Of a stretch of 48,777 bases of DNA, positions 15,646-25,273 are shown piece by piece. Source of the stretch: Methanoregulaceae archaeon (GTDB lineage Archaea > Halobacteriota > Methanomicrobia > Methanomicrobiales > Methanospirillaceae); contig JAJRBS010000171.1 in the NCBI GenBank assembly GCA_028679325.1, positions 1 to 48,777 of the forward strand. Reading direction: 5' to 3'. Below the pieces are notes generated by a model. It was given only the letters and a program-made list of their open reading frames with translations. It did not search any database and was not told where the DNA came from. The position numbers and the translations under genes are program-made. Each line of letters opens with the position of its first letter. Position 1 is the stretch's first letter.

Positions 15646-15969
15646 ATGCCAGAGGTCTCGAAGGCGGAAATCGGTCGGCGCTATTACAAGATGCAGAAGG
15701 ATAAAGGCGTGGAAAAGGCTATGGCCAAAGTGCGACGGAGTATGGGTGCTGACTGGCAGCTCTATACGCATGATGATATCGAGGCCCTCAAGTATATCCT
15801 GGGTCAGTCGTGGGTTTACATCGATCGCGATGCCTGGGAGAAGATCTCCTTCTCCCAGATGACCATGACCGACGTTGGTGCTCTTATCACCGCAGGAAAG
15901 GACGCTCTCAATAAGAAGGTCAGCGAAGAAACAGCAGTCGAGACAGGTAAAAAGATCCTCTTAGCGTAA
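15646..15969 (+). CDS. small conserved hypothetical protein (paralog of the atpD-coupled ORF at 16474..16803)
   Basis: MPEVSKAEIGRRYYKMQKDKGVEKAMAKVRRSMGADWQLY... aligns without gaps to the 16474..16803 product. I counted 46 identities in 107 positions. An alternative ATG is at 15634. Confidence 0.7.
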   Translation: MPEVSKAEIGRRYYKMQKDKGVEKAMAKVRRSMGADWQLYTHDDIEALKYILGQSWVYIDRDAWEKISFSQMTMTDVGALITAGKDALNKKVSEETAVETGKKILLA

Positions 15970-15980
15970 AATCAATGCAA

Positions 15981-15987
15981 TTTTTTT
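15981..15987 (+). terminator. oligo-T (T7) tract 12 nt after the stop of the 15646..15969 ORF
   Basis: TTTTTTT read directly. Archaeal RNA polymerase terminates at oligo-T tracts. Confidence 0.4.
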
Positions 15988-16131
15988 CCTGATAGTCGTC
16001 AGAAATTACATACATCTAGGTATATTTACTCTATGGTTCCCGCATTTGCCGGGCATATCCGGGCACATTAATTTTCCTGGTAGTCGTCAGAAATACATTC
16101 ATTCACTCTGTGGTTCCTGCATCTGCCGGGC
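15984..16131. repeat. imperfect direct repeat x2 (about 60-72 bp units) in the convergent spacer
   Basis: Copy 1 (15984-16055): TTTTCCTGATAGTCGTCAGAAATTACAT...CTCTATGGTTCCCGCATTTGCCGGGCA. Copy 2 (16072-16131): TTTTCCTGGTAGTCGTCAGAAATACAT...CTCTGTGGTTCCTGCATCTGCCGGGCA. Copy 1 has an 11-nt internal insertion containing TATATTTA. Confidence 0.8.
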
Positions 16132-16163
16132 AAATCTTTAAAATACTTTGATGGTTACGTCCC

Positions 16164-16337
16164 ATGGATGCCGATTCATTCAGGGTCGTGCATGTCAGGA
16201 TCGTGACCATGAGAACCTATGAGAATACAAAAAACCTCCTCGTCACAATGCGGAACGGAAAAGGACACAGGACAAGGGATATTGAACGACTGGTGGATAT
16301 CTTCGAGAGAATGAACAGGAGAGGGAAGAGGGACTGA
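16164..16337 (+). CDS. candidate 57-aa small ORF (hypothetical; below the track cutoff)
   Basis: My own translation: MDADSFRVVHVRIVTMRTYENTKNLLVTMRNGKGHRTRDIERLVDIFERMNRRGKRD*. The composition looks protein-like, but I see no recognisable motif. It may be antisense to read-through from the atp operon. Confidence 0.25.
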   Translation: MDADSFRVVHVRIVTMRTYENTKNLLVTMRNGKGHRTRDIERLVDIFERMNRRGKRD

Positions 16338-16473
16338 CGAAATCTTCTCCTGGTTTTTGCGTTTTCTCTTGAGACCTGGATCACTGGTCGTCCAGCCCTG
16401 TCAAGCCCGGGTTCTTCACATTCCGGATGCCCTCGGGTAACGCCCCGGAACCTCATCCCTTCCGCCGTATCTT

Positions 16474-16803
16474 TCAGGAGACTTTTTTCAATATTTCCTT
16501 CGCCCGGCCAACCCCCTCTCCCTCCAGCCGGTCATCTCTCTTGATATCCTTTCCTATCCGGATGAGACCATCGATGTCAGCCCTTGAGAGCCGGGTAAAA
16601 GAGCACTGTTCCCAGTCCTGCCGGACCATGAATACCCAGCACTCCCCAAGGATGAATTTGACCATCTCTATGTCGAGTGCCGAGTAAAGTTTCCAGTCCT
16701 GCCCAAGGTTCCTCCGGATCTTTTCCATTGCCGATTCCACGGCACGGTCCCTGTGGACCTGGAAGATCCTCCGTCCCCGTTCCTCATCGGTCACTTCAGG
16801 CAT
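16474..16803 (-). CDS. small conserved hypothetical protein, translationally coupled to atpD (the tenth gene of the A1AO operon)
   Basis: Its ATG (16803-16801) lies inside the sequence ATGCCTGA, which also contains the atpD stop (8-nt overlap). The 109-aa product, MPEVTDEERGRRIFQVHRDRAVESAMEKIRRNLGQDWKLY..., is paralogous to the 15646..15969 product. Confidence 0.8.
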   Translation of the reverse strand: MPEVTDEERGRRIFQVHRDRAVESAMEKIRRNLGQDWKLYSALDIEMVKFILGECWVFMVRQDWEQCSFTRLSRADIDGLIRIGKDIKRDDRLEGEGVGRAKEILKKVS

Positions 16804-17455
16804 AGGAACCTGCCGTTTCAGTTTTTTTCTTCTTTCGCTCGATGATCTTTTTCACCTTCTTCAGGCGGTAAAGATCTTCGCGGTCACGTTCATCGATGGT
16901 GATCTCGATGTACTTCGCCTGCCTCCGGAGCTCAGGGATGAGAATCTGTTCGAGGGCGTTCACTCTCCTCCGGGTCATCTGGATCTCGTTTCCCACCCTC
17001 CGGAGCGCGGTCTCGGTCTCGGCGAGGGAGATGATGAGGTCCAGTTCAGCCTCGAATTTTTCAGCCGTCTCGTCTATCCGGCCGCTGACCCCGAGGATGC
17101 TGTATCCGCGTTCAAAGAGACTCTTCACAAACCTCCTCTTCTCGATGATCGGAACCGGCACCCCCATGATATTCTTTCCCTTGATATCAAGGGTTATACC
17201 CTGTCTTGTCGCAAAGGAGGCAGATTTGAGGGTCACGGGATCATCGATGGCCATGGCGATCAGGAGGCTGTGCTGGGCGGCATTCGAGAGCTTCTCGAGC
17301 TGGTCCCGGGACATCGAGACGGTCTCCATGATATGAAAAAATTCCCGGATGAGGGCGTCCATTTTCTCCCGTAAGAGATCCCGCCCCTGCTCGGCCAGTT
17401 TTATCTGGGCATTCTTCTTGATAAGTTCCATCCGGGTGGGATTGATCTGCTCCAT
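16796..17455 (-). CDS. atpD: A-type ATP synthase subunit D
   Basis: 219 aa. MEQINPTRMELIKKNAQIKLAEQGRDLLREKMDAL... is the typical V/A-ATPase D coiled coil. Its operon position after atpB fits. Confidence 0.95.
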   Translation of the reverse strand: MEQINPTRMELIKKNAQIKLAEQGRDLLREKMDALIREFFHIMETVSMSRDQLEKLSNAAQHSLLIAMAIDDPVTLKSASFATRQGITLDIKGKNIMGVPVPIIEKRRFVKSLFERGYSILGVSGRIDETAEKFEAELDLIISLAETETALRRVGNEIQMTRRRVNALEQILIPELRRQAKYIEITIDERDREDLYRLKKVKKIIERKKKKTETAGSYA

Positions 17456-17459
17456 TCCT

Positions 17460-18857
17460 TTACTCCTTGCGGTGGGTGGGGTGATACTTCTGGATATAGT
17501 CCCGTTTGATCCTCTTCAATTCATCCTCGGGAAGGGTGGCAAACAGGTGCCATCCGATGTCAAGGGTCTGGCTGATGGTCCGGTTCTCGTCACCCTGGGT
17601 GATGAACTGCCTTTCGAAATCATCGGCAAATTTCAGGTACTTCTTATCGAGCTCGGTCAGTGCTTCCTCCCCGACTATGGCGACGAGCCTTCTTAAGTCT
17701 CTTCCATAAGCATACGAGGCGTAGAGCTGGTCGGCCACATTGCGGTGATCTTCCCGGGTCTTCCCGGGGCCGATACCCAGATTCATGAGACGTGAGAGGC
17801 AGGGGAGGGCGTCGACCGGAGGATCGGCACCGCGACGGAAGAGGTCCCGGGAAAGGACGATCTGTCCTTCCGTGATGTAGCCGGTGAGATCCGGTACCGG
17901 GTGGGTGATGTCATCATCAGGCATGGTCAGGATGGGGATCTGTGTGATGGATCCCTTACTTCCCTTGACCCTCCCTGCACGTTCGTAGATGGAGGCCAGG
18001 TCGGTGTACATGTATCCCGGATAGCCCCTCCTCCCCGGGACTTCTTCCCGGGCAGTGGAGATCTCACGAAGTGCCTCGCAATAGTTGATCATGTCGGTCA
18101 GGATGACCAGCACGTGGAGGTCGTGGGTATATGCCAGGAACTCCGCCGTGGTCAGTGCGACCCGGGGGGTAGCGATCCGCTCGATTGTCGGATCGTCGGC
18201 AAGGTTCATGAAGAAGACCACCCGTTCCAGAGCGCCGGTCCTCTCGAAATCCTTCATGAAGAACGAGGCTTCTTTATAGGTGATTCCCATGGCGACAAAG
18301 ACCACAGCAAACTTCTCCTCCTCACCGAGCACCCGGGCCTGGCGGGCGATCTGGGCCGCCAGCTTGTTGGCCGGGAGCCCGGCACCTGAGAAGATGGGGA
18401 GCTTCTGACCCCGTACCAGCGTGTTAAGGCCGTCTATGGTTGACATCCCGGTCTGGATGAAATCCGCCGGAGTGTCCCGGGCGGAAGGATTGATGGGCAT
18501 ACCATGGATGTCAAGGTTCGCCTCTTCCATGATCTCCGGGCCTTTGTCCCGTATCTTGCCCACGCCATCAAAGATACGGCCCAGCATGTCGACAGAGACA
18601 CGTATTCTCGGAGGCTCCCCCGTAAACCGGACCCGTGTCTTCAGGGTATCGATGCCGCTTGTGCCCTCGTATACCTGGACGACAGCCATATCCTTCGAGA
18701 TGTCGAGGACCTGCCCTGTCCTCTCATCGCCGTTCGGCGTAACGATCCGGACGACCTCACCGTAGGAGACCCCTTTCACGTTCTGGACAAATATCAGCGG
18801 GCCTGAGACATACCCGACGGTCCTGGACTCCTTGGAATACAGCGGTGTTCCGGTCAT
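17460..18857 (-). CDS. atpB: A-type ATP synthase subunit B
   Basis: 465 aa. Regulatory-subunit signature segments: [37 protein letters not shown]. It has a 4-nt overlap with atpA. Confidence 0.97.
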   Translation of the reverse strand: MTGTPLYSKESRTVGYVSGPLIFVQNVKGVSYGEVVRIVTPNGDERTGQVLDISKDMAVVQVYEGTSGIDTLKTRVRFTGEPPRIRVSVDMLGRIFDGVGKIRDKGPEIMEEANLDIHGMPINPSARDTPADFIQTGMSTIDGLNTLVRGQKLPIFSGAGLPANKLAAQIARQARVLGEEEKFAVVFVAMGITYKEASFFMKDFERTGALERVVFFMNLADDPTIERIATPRVALTTAEFLAYTHDLHVLVILTDMINYCEALREISTAREEVPGRRGYPGYMYTDLASIYERAGRVKGSKGSITQIPILTMPDDDITHPVPDLTGYITEGQIVLSRDLFRRGADPPVDALPCLSRLMNLGIGPGKTREDHRNVADQLYASYAYGRDLRRLVAIVGEEALTELDKKYLKFADDFERQFITQGDENRTISQTLDIGWHLFATLPEDELKRIKRDYIQKYHPTHRKE

Positions 18858-20590
18858 TCTCCCTCGAGCCCCCTGAGTTCATCGTTGATATGGGAGACCA
18901 GCCCCTTGATCTGCTCCACATCGGTAAGTTCTTTCATTCGCCCGATCTCTGCCTTGACGGGGATCTTCAGGATTTTCGTGAGGGGTACACCCCGTCCCAT
19001 GGCCTGGTTCACACGTTCGTAGAATGCGATGATGACCTTCAGCATCCAGTATTGCTTGTCGAGCGGGCAGAACGAATCGACCTCGTGATAGGCGCTCTGC
19101 TGGAGGAAATCCTCGCGTATCATCCGGGTTACCTCAAGGATTGCCTTCTCGCTCTCCGGCAGTGCATCAGGTCCGACAAGCTGCACGATCTCCTGGAGCT
19201 CGACCTCCTTCTGGAGGAGGTACATGGTCTGTGCCCGAAGATCCTTCCAATCCGCAAAACCGGTCTTTTCATACCACTCCCTCACCTGCTCAAGGTAGAG
19301 TGAATAGCTCTTGATCCAGTTCACGGACGGGAAATGGCGCCGGTAAGCGAGGCTCGTGTCAAGCGCCCAGAAGGTGCCGGTTATCCTGAGGGTATTCTGG
19401 GTGATTGGTTCTGAGAAGTCGCCGCCGGGAGGCGAGACAGCGCCGACAACGGTGATAGAACCCAGCCGTTCCCCGGAACCAAGGCAGACGACACGGCCTG
19501 CCCTCTCATAGAATGCAGCGAGCCTCGTTGCCAGGTAGGCGGGATAGCCCTCTTCGCCCGGCATCTCCTCGAGCCGCCCGGAAACCTCGCGGAGCGCCTC
19601 ACCCCAGCGCGAGGTGGAGTCTGCCATCAGGGCAACGTCATAGCCCATATCGCGGTAATATTCTGCCAGAGTGATGCCCGTGTAGATCGACGCCTCGCGG
19701 GCAGCGACAGGCATATTGGAGGTGTTTGCGATCAGGATGGTCCTCTGGATAAGGGGAAGGTTGGTCCGGGGATCCAGCAGTTCGGGGAATTCGGTCAGGA
19801 CATCGGTCATCTCGTTCCCGCGTTCACCGCACCCGATATAGACCACGATCTGGGTATCGGACCACTTGGCAAGGGTCTGTTCGGCAACGGTCTTTCCTGT
19901 TCCAAAACCTCCCGGTATCATCGCCGTCCCCCCCTTGGTTACCGGGAAGAGGGTATCAAAGACCCTCTGGCCGGTGGCAAGGAGAGTATCAGGGTCCATC
20001 TTCCGGGTATATGGCCTCCCTTTCCGAACAGGCCACGTCTGCATCAGGGAAATTTCTGTACCGTCTTCGAGCCGGGCGATGGTATCATCCACCTTGAACT
20101 TCCCTTCGAAGATCTCGCGGATAGTGCCGGAAACGAGCGGGGGGACCATGACCCGGTGCTCGATATGGTACTCGGTAACGGTTCCGATAACATCGCCCCC
20201 GGTTACCTGGTCACCTTTCCGGGCCCGGGGGAGAAACTCCCAGGAACGCTCTCTTGAGAGCCCGGGCAGCGAGATGCCCCGCGTGATGAAATTTCCGCTC
20301 TTCTCTGCCAGGAGGGGGAGGGGGCGCTGGATGCCATCGTAAATAGACGAGAGGAGACCCGGGCCCAGTTCCACCGACAGGGGAAGCCCGGTGTTTACCA
20401 CCTTCTCCCCCACCTTCAGGCCTGTGGTATCCTCATAGACCTGGATGACCGCCTGGTCGCCATCGAGCCGGATAATTTCGCCGTTCAGCTCCTGTTCACC
20501 AACCTTCACCACATCATACATCTGGGATCCCCGGAGCCTTTCAGAAAGGACCACGGGGCCAGAAATCCTTGAAACAACGCCGCTGATCAT
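18854..20590 (-). CDS. atpA: A-type ATP synthase catalytic subunit A
   Basis: 578 aa. Walker [33 protein letters not shown]. The size is consistent with the insertion that distinguishes A/V-type catalytic subunits from F-type beta. Confidence 0.97.
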   Translation of the reverse strand: MISGVVSRISGPVVLSERLRGSQMYDVVKVGEQELNGEIIRLDGDQAVIQVYEDTTGLKVGEKVVNTGLPLSVELGPGLLSSIYDGIQRPLPLLAEKSGNFITRGISLPGLSRERSWEFLPRARKGDQVTGGDVIGTVTEYHIEHRVMVPPLVSGTIREIFEGKFKVDDTIARLEDGTEISLMQTWPVRKGRPYTRKMDPDTLLATGQRVFDTLFPVTKGGTAMIPGGFGTGKTVAEQTLAKWSDTQIVVYIGCGERGNEMTDVLTEFPELLDPRTNLPLIQRTILIANTSNMPVAAREASIYTGITLAEYYRDMGYDVALMADSTSRWGEALREVSGRLEEMPGEEGYPAYLATRLAAFYERAGRVVCLGSGERLGSITVVGAVSPPGGDFSEPITQNTLRITGTFWALDTSLAYRRHFPSVNWIKSYSLYLEQVREWYEKTGFADWKDLRAQTMYLLQKEVELQEIVQLVGPDALPESEKAILEVTRMIREDFLQQSAYHEVDSFCPLDKQYWMLKVIIAFYERVNQAMGRGVPLTKILKIPVKAEIGRMKELTDVEQIKGLVSHINDELRGLEGE

Positions 20591-20595
20591 GGTTA

Positions 20596-20916
20596 CTACT
20601 TCCGAAGCACGATGTTGTACCCGATTGCCCGCCGGAGAAGTTTTTCTATGTAACTGGTCCTGTCGAGCTTCCTTGACCCTGCGGGTATGGGGATGATGAT
20701 CGGCCGGTATGACTTCTCAATCTTCTCCAGTGTTTTCTCATCGAGGAGCGCCATGTAGTCCTCGTTCATCGCAATAATGCCGGTATCATCCCTGGCAAGC
20801 AGGGAGGGCAGCAGCGCTGCTGCCTCACCGGGGTCCGGTATCTCCATGACCTCCACCCCGGCCAGGCGGAATCCCGGCGCTGTGTCAGGGTCAGTGACGA
20901 TGATGAATTTATACAC
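20596..20916 (-). CDS. atpF: A-type ATP synthase subunit F
   Basis: 106 aa. [21 protein letters not shown]... is typical of V/A-type F subunits. Operon position fits. Confidence 0.9.
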   Translation of the reverse strand: MYKFIIVTDPDTAPGFRLAGVEVMEIPDPGEAAALLPSLLARDDTGIIAMNEDYMALLDEKTLEKIEKSYRPIIIPIPAGSRKLDRTSYIEKLLRRAIGYNIVLRK

Positions 20917-21961
20917 TGATCAGCGCCTCCCTGAGATCTTTTTCAGGAACCTCGGAGACAAGGCACCGGGCTATGACCCTGATATTGGTCACTTCTGCGT
21001 ACTTTGCCCACGTGTATGCTATGGCATAGGCGATCGAGAGCGGGTCACCAATGAAGTAGCCAATCCCTTTCCTGACAAGATACCTGTCCAGTTCCTTTTC
21101 AAAGGCCGAGATCTTCTGCGCCGAGACATATTCGGGGGGAACCTGCGTCAGGAACTGGTAGCTCGTGTGTTCGAGGTGTTTCAGGGCCCCCTCGAGAGTT
21201 CCGCCCTTCATCATGGAGAGGAGGGTGGCCAGGCCAAGTTCACTGCTCCCTTCGAGGAGATACCGTTTTGCATCTTCGCGATCTATCTGGTCCCGGAGCA
21301 CCCGGAATACGGTCCGGAGATTGCTGATATCGATCTCTGTGATGACCATATCCCTGATGACCCGGTGGTCCTCTGTCTCTCCCCCCTTCAGGGTCGCCAG
21401 GGCATACTGGTAGTAATACGTATCGATGGCGTATTCGAGCACCAGCATATCCCGGGTATCGGAATACTCCTTGAAAGCCTTCGTCAGCGGGCGGGAATAG
21501 ACGATGCCCCAGGTGGCAAGCAGGTCGATGACTGACTTGACATCCGGCTGTTTGACAAGCTCGGTGAGCGCCGCTTCATCAAGCTCCCCGGCCGGGATCG
21601 TGCAGTCGAGTATCTCGCCGGGCGTGGCGTGAATTCTCTTCCCCCGGAGGATGGTCTTGATATTCTGGACATCATACCGGTTGAGGGTGATGGCAAGGAG
21701 ATTCTCCTCTTCTTCTCCGGATGTAAAACTGAGGAGGTTCCTGAATGCCCTGACAAGATCTTTCCGGAGAGCGTACTCAATGCGGGTGACGCCGGAGTAC
21801 TGGACTCCTGCCCTCTCCAGTTCTTCCCGGTACGGCGTTTTCTCGAGTTCGGTGATGAGAGCGTCAATATCATGCTTGTTGATCAACTGGTCCAGCTGGC
21901 GGCGATCGAGAAGGCGGCTCTTCATGGCCCGGATCCGGGAGTTCACGTATGCATATTCCAT
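20909..21961 (-). CDS. atpC: A-type ATP synthase subunit C (the d-like subunit)
   Basis: I chose the ATG at 21961 (MEYAYVNSRIRAMKSRLLD...), the typical C/d N-terminus. It begins 1 nt after the atpE stop. The track ORF starts at an upstream TTG (21988). Confidence 0.93.
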   Translation of the reverse strand: MEYAYVNSRIRAMKSRLLDRRQLDQLINKHDIDALITELEKTPYREELERAGVQYSGVTRIEYALRKDLVRAFRNLLSFTSGEEEENLLAITLNRYDVQNIKTILRGKRIHATPGEILDCTIPAGELDEAALTELVKQPDVKSVIDLLATWGIVYSRPLTKAFKEYSDTRDMLVLEYAIDTYYYQYALATLKGGETEDHRVIRDMVITEIDISNLRTVFRVLRDQIDREDAKRYLLEGSSELGLATLLSMMKGGTLEGALKHLEHTSYQFLTQVPPEYVSAQKISAFEKELDRYLVRKGIGYFIGDPLSIAYAIAYTWAKYAEVTNIRVIARCLVSEVPEKDLREALISV

Positions 21962-21962
21962 G

Positions 21963-22547
21963 TCAGTCACCGAACAGGATAGCAACAATGTCAGGCCTGT
22001 AGACTTCTCCGGCCTTCTTCAGGCGGGATTCGATGGTATTGACGATTGTGAAACGCTCGTCACGGGTGTTTGCGCTCAACCCGCCGGCAGAGACCAGGTC
22101 GGGTATCACATCATAGTTTAAGGACCTCTCGAGAAGGAGCTCCCTGCAGAGGAGTGAATCCCTCGGATCGATATGCAGAATGACATCTTTCTCTCCGAGT
22201 TCAGAGACGACTTCACCGAGCATTCTATTGAATCCTGTCCTGTACCCCGGTTGTTCCCGTATGGCGGCCAGTCTTCTCTCCGCTTCGTCAAGCGCGGCCT
22301 GGAAGATCTCGTTTTTCATCTTCAGGATCTCCCGCTGGTTCTCTTTCCGTATGGAAGAGAGGAGCCGGTTCCGCTGAAGCTCGACTTCTGCAACCGCCTT
22401 GTCATGGTGACGCTTCCGGATAGACCCGCCCCTGCTCTGGGCCTCCCGGATGATCTCATCTGCTTCGGCCTTTGAGCGTTCCTGGATCTCATGGAGACGT
22501 TCCTGGGCGCTCACCTCAACGGAACCGATCAAGTCTTCAAGTGCCAT
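21963..22547 (-). CDS. atpE: A-type ATP synthase subunit E (peripheral stalk)
   Basis: 194 aa. It has an N-terminal charged coiled coil and a C-terminal globular part. Operon position fits. Confidence 0.9.
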   Translation of the reverse strand: MALEDLIGSVEVSAQERLHEIQERSKAEADEIIREAQSRGGSIRKRHHDKAVAEVELQRNRLLSSIRKENQREILKMKNEIFQAALDEAERRLAAIREQPGYRTGFNRMLGEVVSELGEKDVILHIDPRDSLLCRELLLERSLNYDVIPDLVSAGGLSANTRDERFTIVNTIESRLKKAGEVYRPDIVAILFGD

Positions 22548-22577
22548 GTCTTCACCAGCACCTTCAGATGCCTCGTC

Positions 22578-22796
22578 TCAGACGAGCATGATCATGATCA
22601 TAGTAGCGACGACAAAACCCAGAATGACGAGAGTTTCAGGGATCGCCACCATGATGATCATCAGCCCAAAGAGATCCGGTTTTTCCGCGATCGTCCCTGC
22701 TCCCGCCGCACCAATCTTTGACTGTGCAATACCGGTACCAAGCGCTCCAAGCCCGAATGCGATGCCTGCCCCAACGGGGATTCCCCAATCAACCAT
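22578..22796 (-). CDS. atpK: A-type ATP synthase proteolipid subunit K (c), single-hairpin 8-kDa form
   Basis: 72 aa with two TM helices. Q in helix 1 (GIAQSKIGAAG) and the carboxylate motif PETLVI in helix 2. Confidence 0.93.
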   Translation of the reverse strand: MVDWGIPVGAGIAFGLGALGTGIAQSKIGAAGAGTIAEKPDLFGLMIIMVAIPETLVILGFVVATMIMIMLV

Positions 22797-22996
22797 TCAC
22801 ATCAGTCTCCTGTAAAATTTCGCGCCGCCGGTATGTGCACAGGCGGCACACTCCATTTTGTTCTCCTGCCTTACAGAGGATATCACCTGACGGTTGTAAC
22901 CGCGGATACCCGGAATGACCCGTTCCTCGCTCATGTCTCAGGATTACATGACTCATTCCCTACCTTTTATCTGGAACTTAATCTCTCTGTCAGTCA

Positions 22997-24946
22997 TCAG
23001 GAATTCCCACTGTCTTCTTTCTTGAAGGGGCTGTACAATTTTCCCCCTCCTGCATAGAACTTTGAATCGAATTCCACCAGGTGCAGACGGAGCGAGTGGA
23101 GGAACGGGCTGAAAATGGCAAGAACAATGTTCATGGCATGGAGGAGCGCCGCAATCACGAATCCGACGATTGCAACTTCCGCCATCCCTCCCAGGGTGTT
23201 CGCGACGAGTGCCAGGATGACTGAGGCCATCCCGATGGCCATGATACGTGCATAGGACAGGATGTTTCCCATCGTGCTGATGATCTCGAAGGTGCCGAAA
23301 AATCCTCCTCCGTAAATAAGGAGGGGGAGGGCAAGGACAATCATTATGATTCCGAGGACAATCAGCGATGCGGGGATGACCACTGCCGCAGCACAGATGG
23401 CAATGATCAGGCCAGTGATGGCGATCATCATCCCGACCTTCTCACAGATGTGTTTCTTGGCCTTGGCGACATGCCGGTGGCAGCTGATCTCCGAATAGGC
23501 ATTCAGGACACCGATTCCCAGCCCTAAAAAGACATGGAATATCCCGATTGTTATAGCCAGCAGGAGGAATGGCACAATCGCCTCGACACGATCCCAGGTT
23601 ATTCCCATGAACGTGACCGGCTCGAGCCACCCCATCTCCTGACCAAGGTTTCCGAAGAATTCACCAAAGATGAACCCGAAGAATATGGCCCAGAGTGCCC
23701 CCATAATGACAATGTTTCCCAGGTGCTGGGCCCAATCAACCCCGGCCATTTTCCACTTTATCAGGAGTGCAATACCTATAATGATGAGGCCGTAGGCTAT
23801 GTCGCCGACCATCAGCCCAAAGAATATCGGTAAGAATATGGCCATCAGCGGGCTCGGGTCAAATTCCGTAGATTTCGCCGGGCTGACGACCTTCATCAGG
23901 TATTCAAACGGTTTGACTATCCGGGGATTGTCGTAAAAAGTCGGTGCATTGGCCATCTCTTCCGGTGTGATGGGAATTTCGTTGACCAGCACACGCCCGC
24001 CAAAATTGTCCCGGAGCTCGTTCTGGGTATTCTTGAAAAATTTCTTGGGAATCCACCCTATCAGGACAAAGGTATAGTCGGTCTGTCCCAGACGTGAAAA
24101 GACGCCGAGTTCTTCATTCCTGTCCTCAAGTATCTGCTTGAGAGCAGTGAGTTCGACGGAGCGTTCGGTTGAGATCTTCACGAGCTCTGTGTTGATACGG
24201 GTCATCTCCTGCGTGGCGTCGCTCTTCTTCTGCTCTATCAGGGTGTAAACCTCGGAAAAAGGCTTTCCCAGGTACTCGGGGGGCAGCCGTATCTCGTTGA
24301 CATTCTGGGTGAAGAGGAAAGAATGAACCTGCTCGGAATACTTCTTATTGAAGATGGTCACCGCTGCAAGCGTCGACTCATCGACATCGGCGGAGATCAG
24401 TTCGAACTGTTTCCTGGTGATATCGGTGAGGTTACTCCGGATGACTTCGAGCAGGTCCTTGAATTCCTTCTGGATAAGGAGGACTGTAACCTCAAAGCCT
24501 TCCAGGATGGGGAGGGTGCTTTCAAGGGGGCGGATCTTGTCGATGATCTTTTCATACCGAGTCAGGTTCGCAAGCGCCAGCTCAATCTCGCTCTTTGATG
24601 ATGCAAGGTTCCTGGTGACCGGGTCAAGCTCGGAAATGACGCTGTTTGTCCGGGAGATGAGCTCGGCATGTTCCATAGCCCGGAACTTTTCAAATGCGGC
24701 GGCGACCTCCTTCTTTTCCAGGGAGATCTTCGGAAGGGTGAGGAGAATAACTCCGATCTTTCCCAGGGCCGCGGAGATGCTGTCGGCCTCGTCTACACTC
24801 ATTCTCCGGAGCATAACCCCGCCCACGGTTCCTTCCGCCGTTGCATCCTCTATCTGGACTGTTCCTTTCCGGTAGAGCAGGTCCATGACATTGTGAAGGT
24901 CCTCCTGGGGACCTATCACCTGGATCTTCATCATCTTCTGAAGCAT
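22997..24946 (-). CDS. atpI: A-type ATP synthase subunit I (the a-like stator subunit)
   Basis: 649 aa. Hydrophilic N-terminal half and polytopic C-terminal half, with the conserved stator Arg in HSLRLHLVEF. Confidence 0.95.
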   Translation of the reverse strand: MLQKMMKIQVIGPQEDLHNVMDLLYRKGTVQIEDATAEGTVGGVMLRRMSVDEADSISAALGKIGVILLTLPKISLEKKEVAAAFEKFRAMEHAELISRTNSVISELDPVTRNLASSKSEIELALANLTRYEKIIDKIRPLESTLPILEGFEVTVLLIQKEFKDLLEVIRSNLTDITRKQFELISADVDESTLAAVTIFNKKYSEQVHSFLFTQNVNEIRLPPEYLGKPFSEVYTLIEQKKSDATQEMTRINTELVKISTERSVELTALKQILEDRNEELGVFSRLGQTDYTFVLIGWIPKKFFKNTQNELRDNFGGRVLVNEIPITPEEMANAPTFYDNPRIVKPFEYLMKVVSPAKSTEFDPSPLMAIFLPIFFGLMVGDIAYGLIIIGIALLIKWKMAGVDWAQHLGNIVIMGALWAIFFGFIFGEFFGNLGQEMGWLEPVTFMGITWDRVEAIVPFLLLAITIGIFHVFLGLGIGVLNAYSEISCHRHVAKAKKHICEKVGMMIAITGLIIAICAAAVVIPASLIVLGIIMIVLALPLLIYGGGFFGTFEIISTMGNILSYARIMAIGMASVILALVANTLGGMAEVAIVGFVIAALLHAMNIVLAIFSPFLHSLRLHLVEFDSKFYAGGGKLYSPFKKEDSGNS

Positions 24947-24952
24947 AGGCCT

Positions 24953-25273
24953 CTAGTCCGGAAGCACAAGGCTTACTATCTTCTCAACTGCCCCTGGCAG
25001 ATTCTTCCCGCCCCGGTCACGAATTGCCGTGATCTCATGCACCCGTTCGGCCCGAAGGCGGTCGGCCTCTGCATTGAGCCTTTTCATTTCGCCCTGAAGA
25101 TATTCACCGGCTTCCCTTTCTGCCTCCGTCTCTTCTCTGTTCAGAAGGGCAGAAGCCTCCCGGGAAGCCTGGTCGAGCACCTGATCGGCCTTGTTCCTCT
25201 CCTGGTCGATCCTGACGCTCATCTCAAGCTCCTTCTCACGGATCTTCTGCAAAAGTGATTTTTCAGTCTCCAT
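24953..25273 (-). CDS. atpH: A-type ATP synthase subunit H (small coiled-coil stalk subunit)
   Basis: I chose the ATG at 25273 (METEKSLLQKIREKELE...). It is a charged coiled coil and the first gene of the operon. The track ORF begins at an upstream TTG (25294). Confidence 0.85.
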   Translation of the reverse strand: METEKSLLQKIREKELEMSVRIDQERNKADQVLDQASREASALLNREETEAEREAGEYLQGEMKRLNAEADRLRAERVHEITAIRDRGGKNLPGAVEKIVSLVLPD

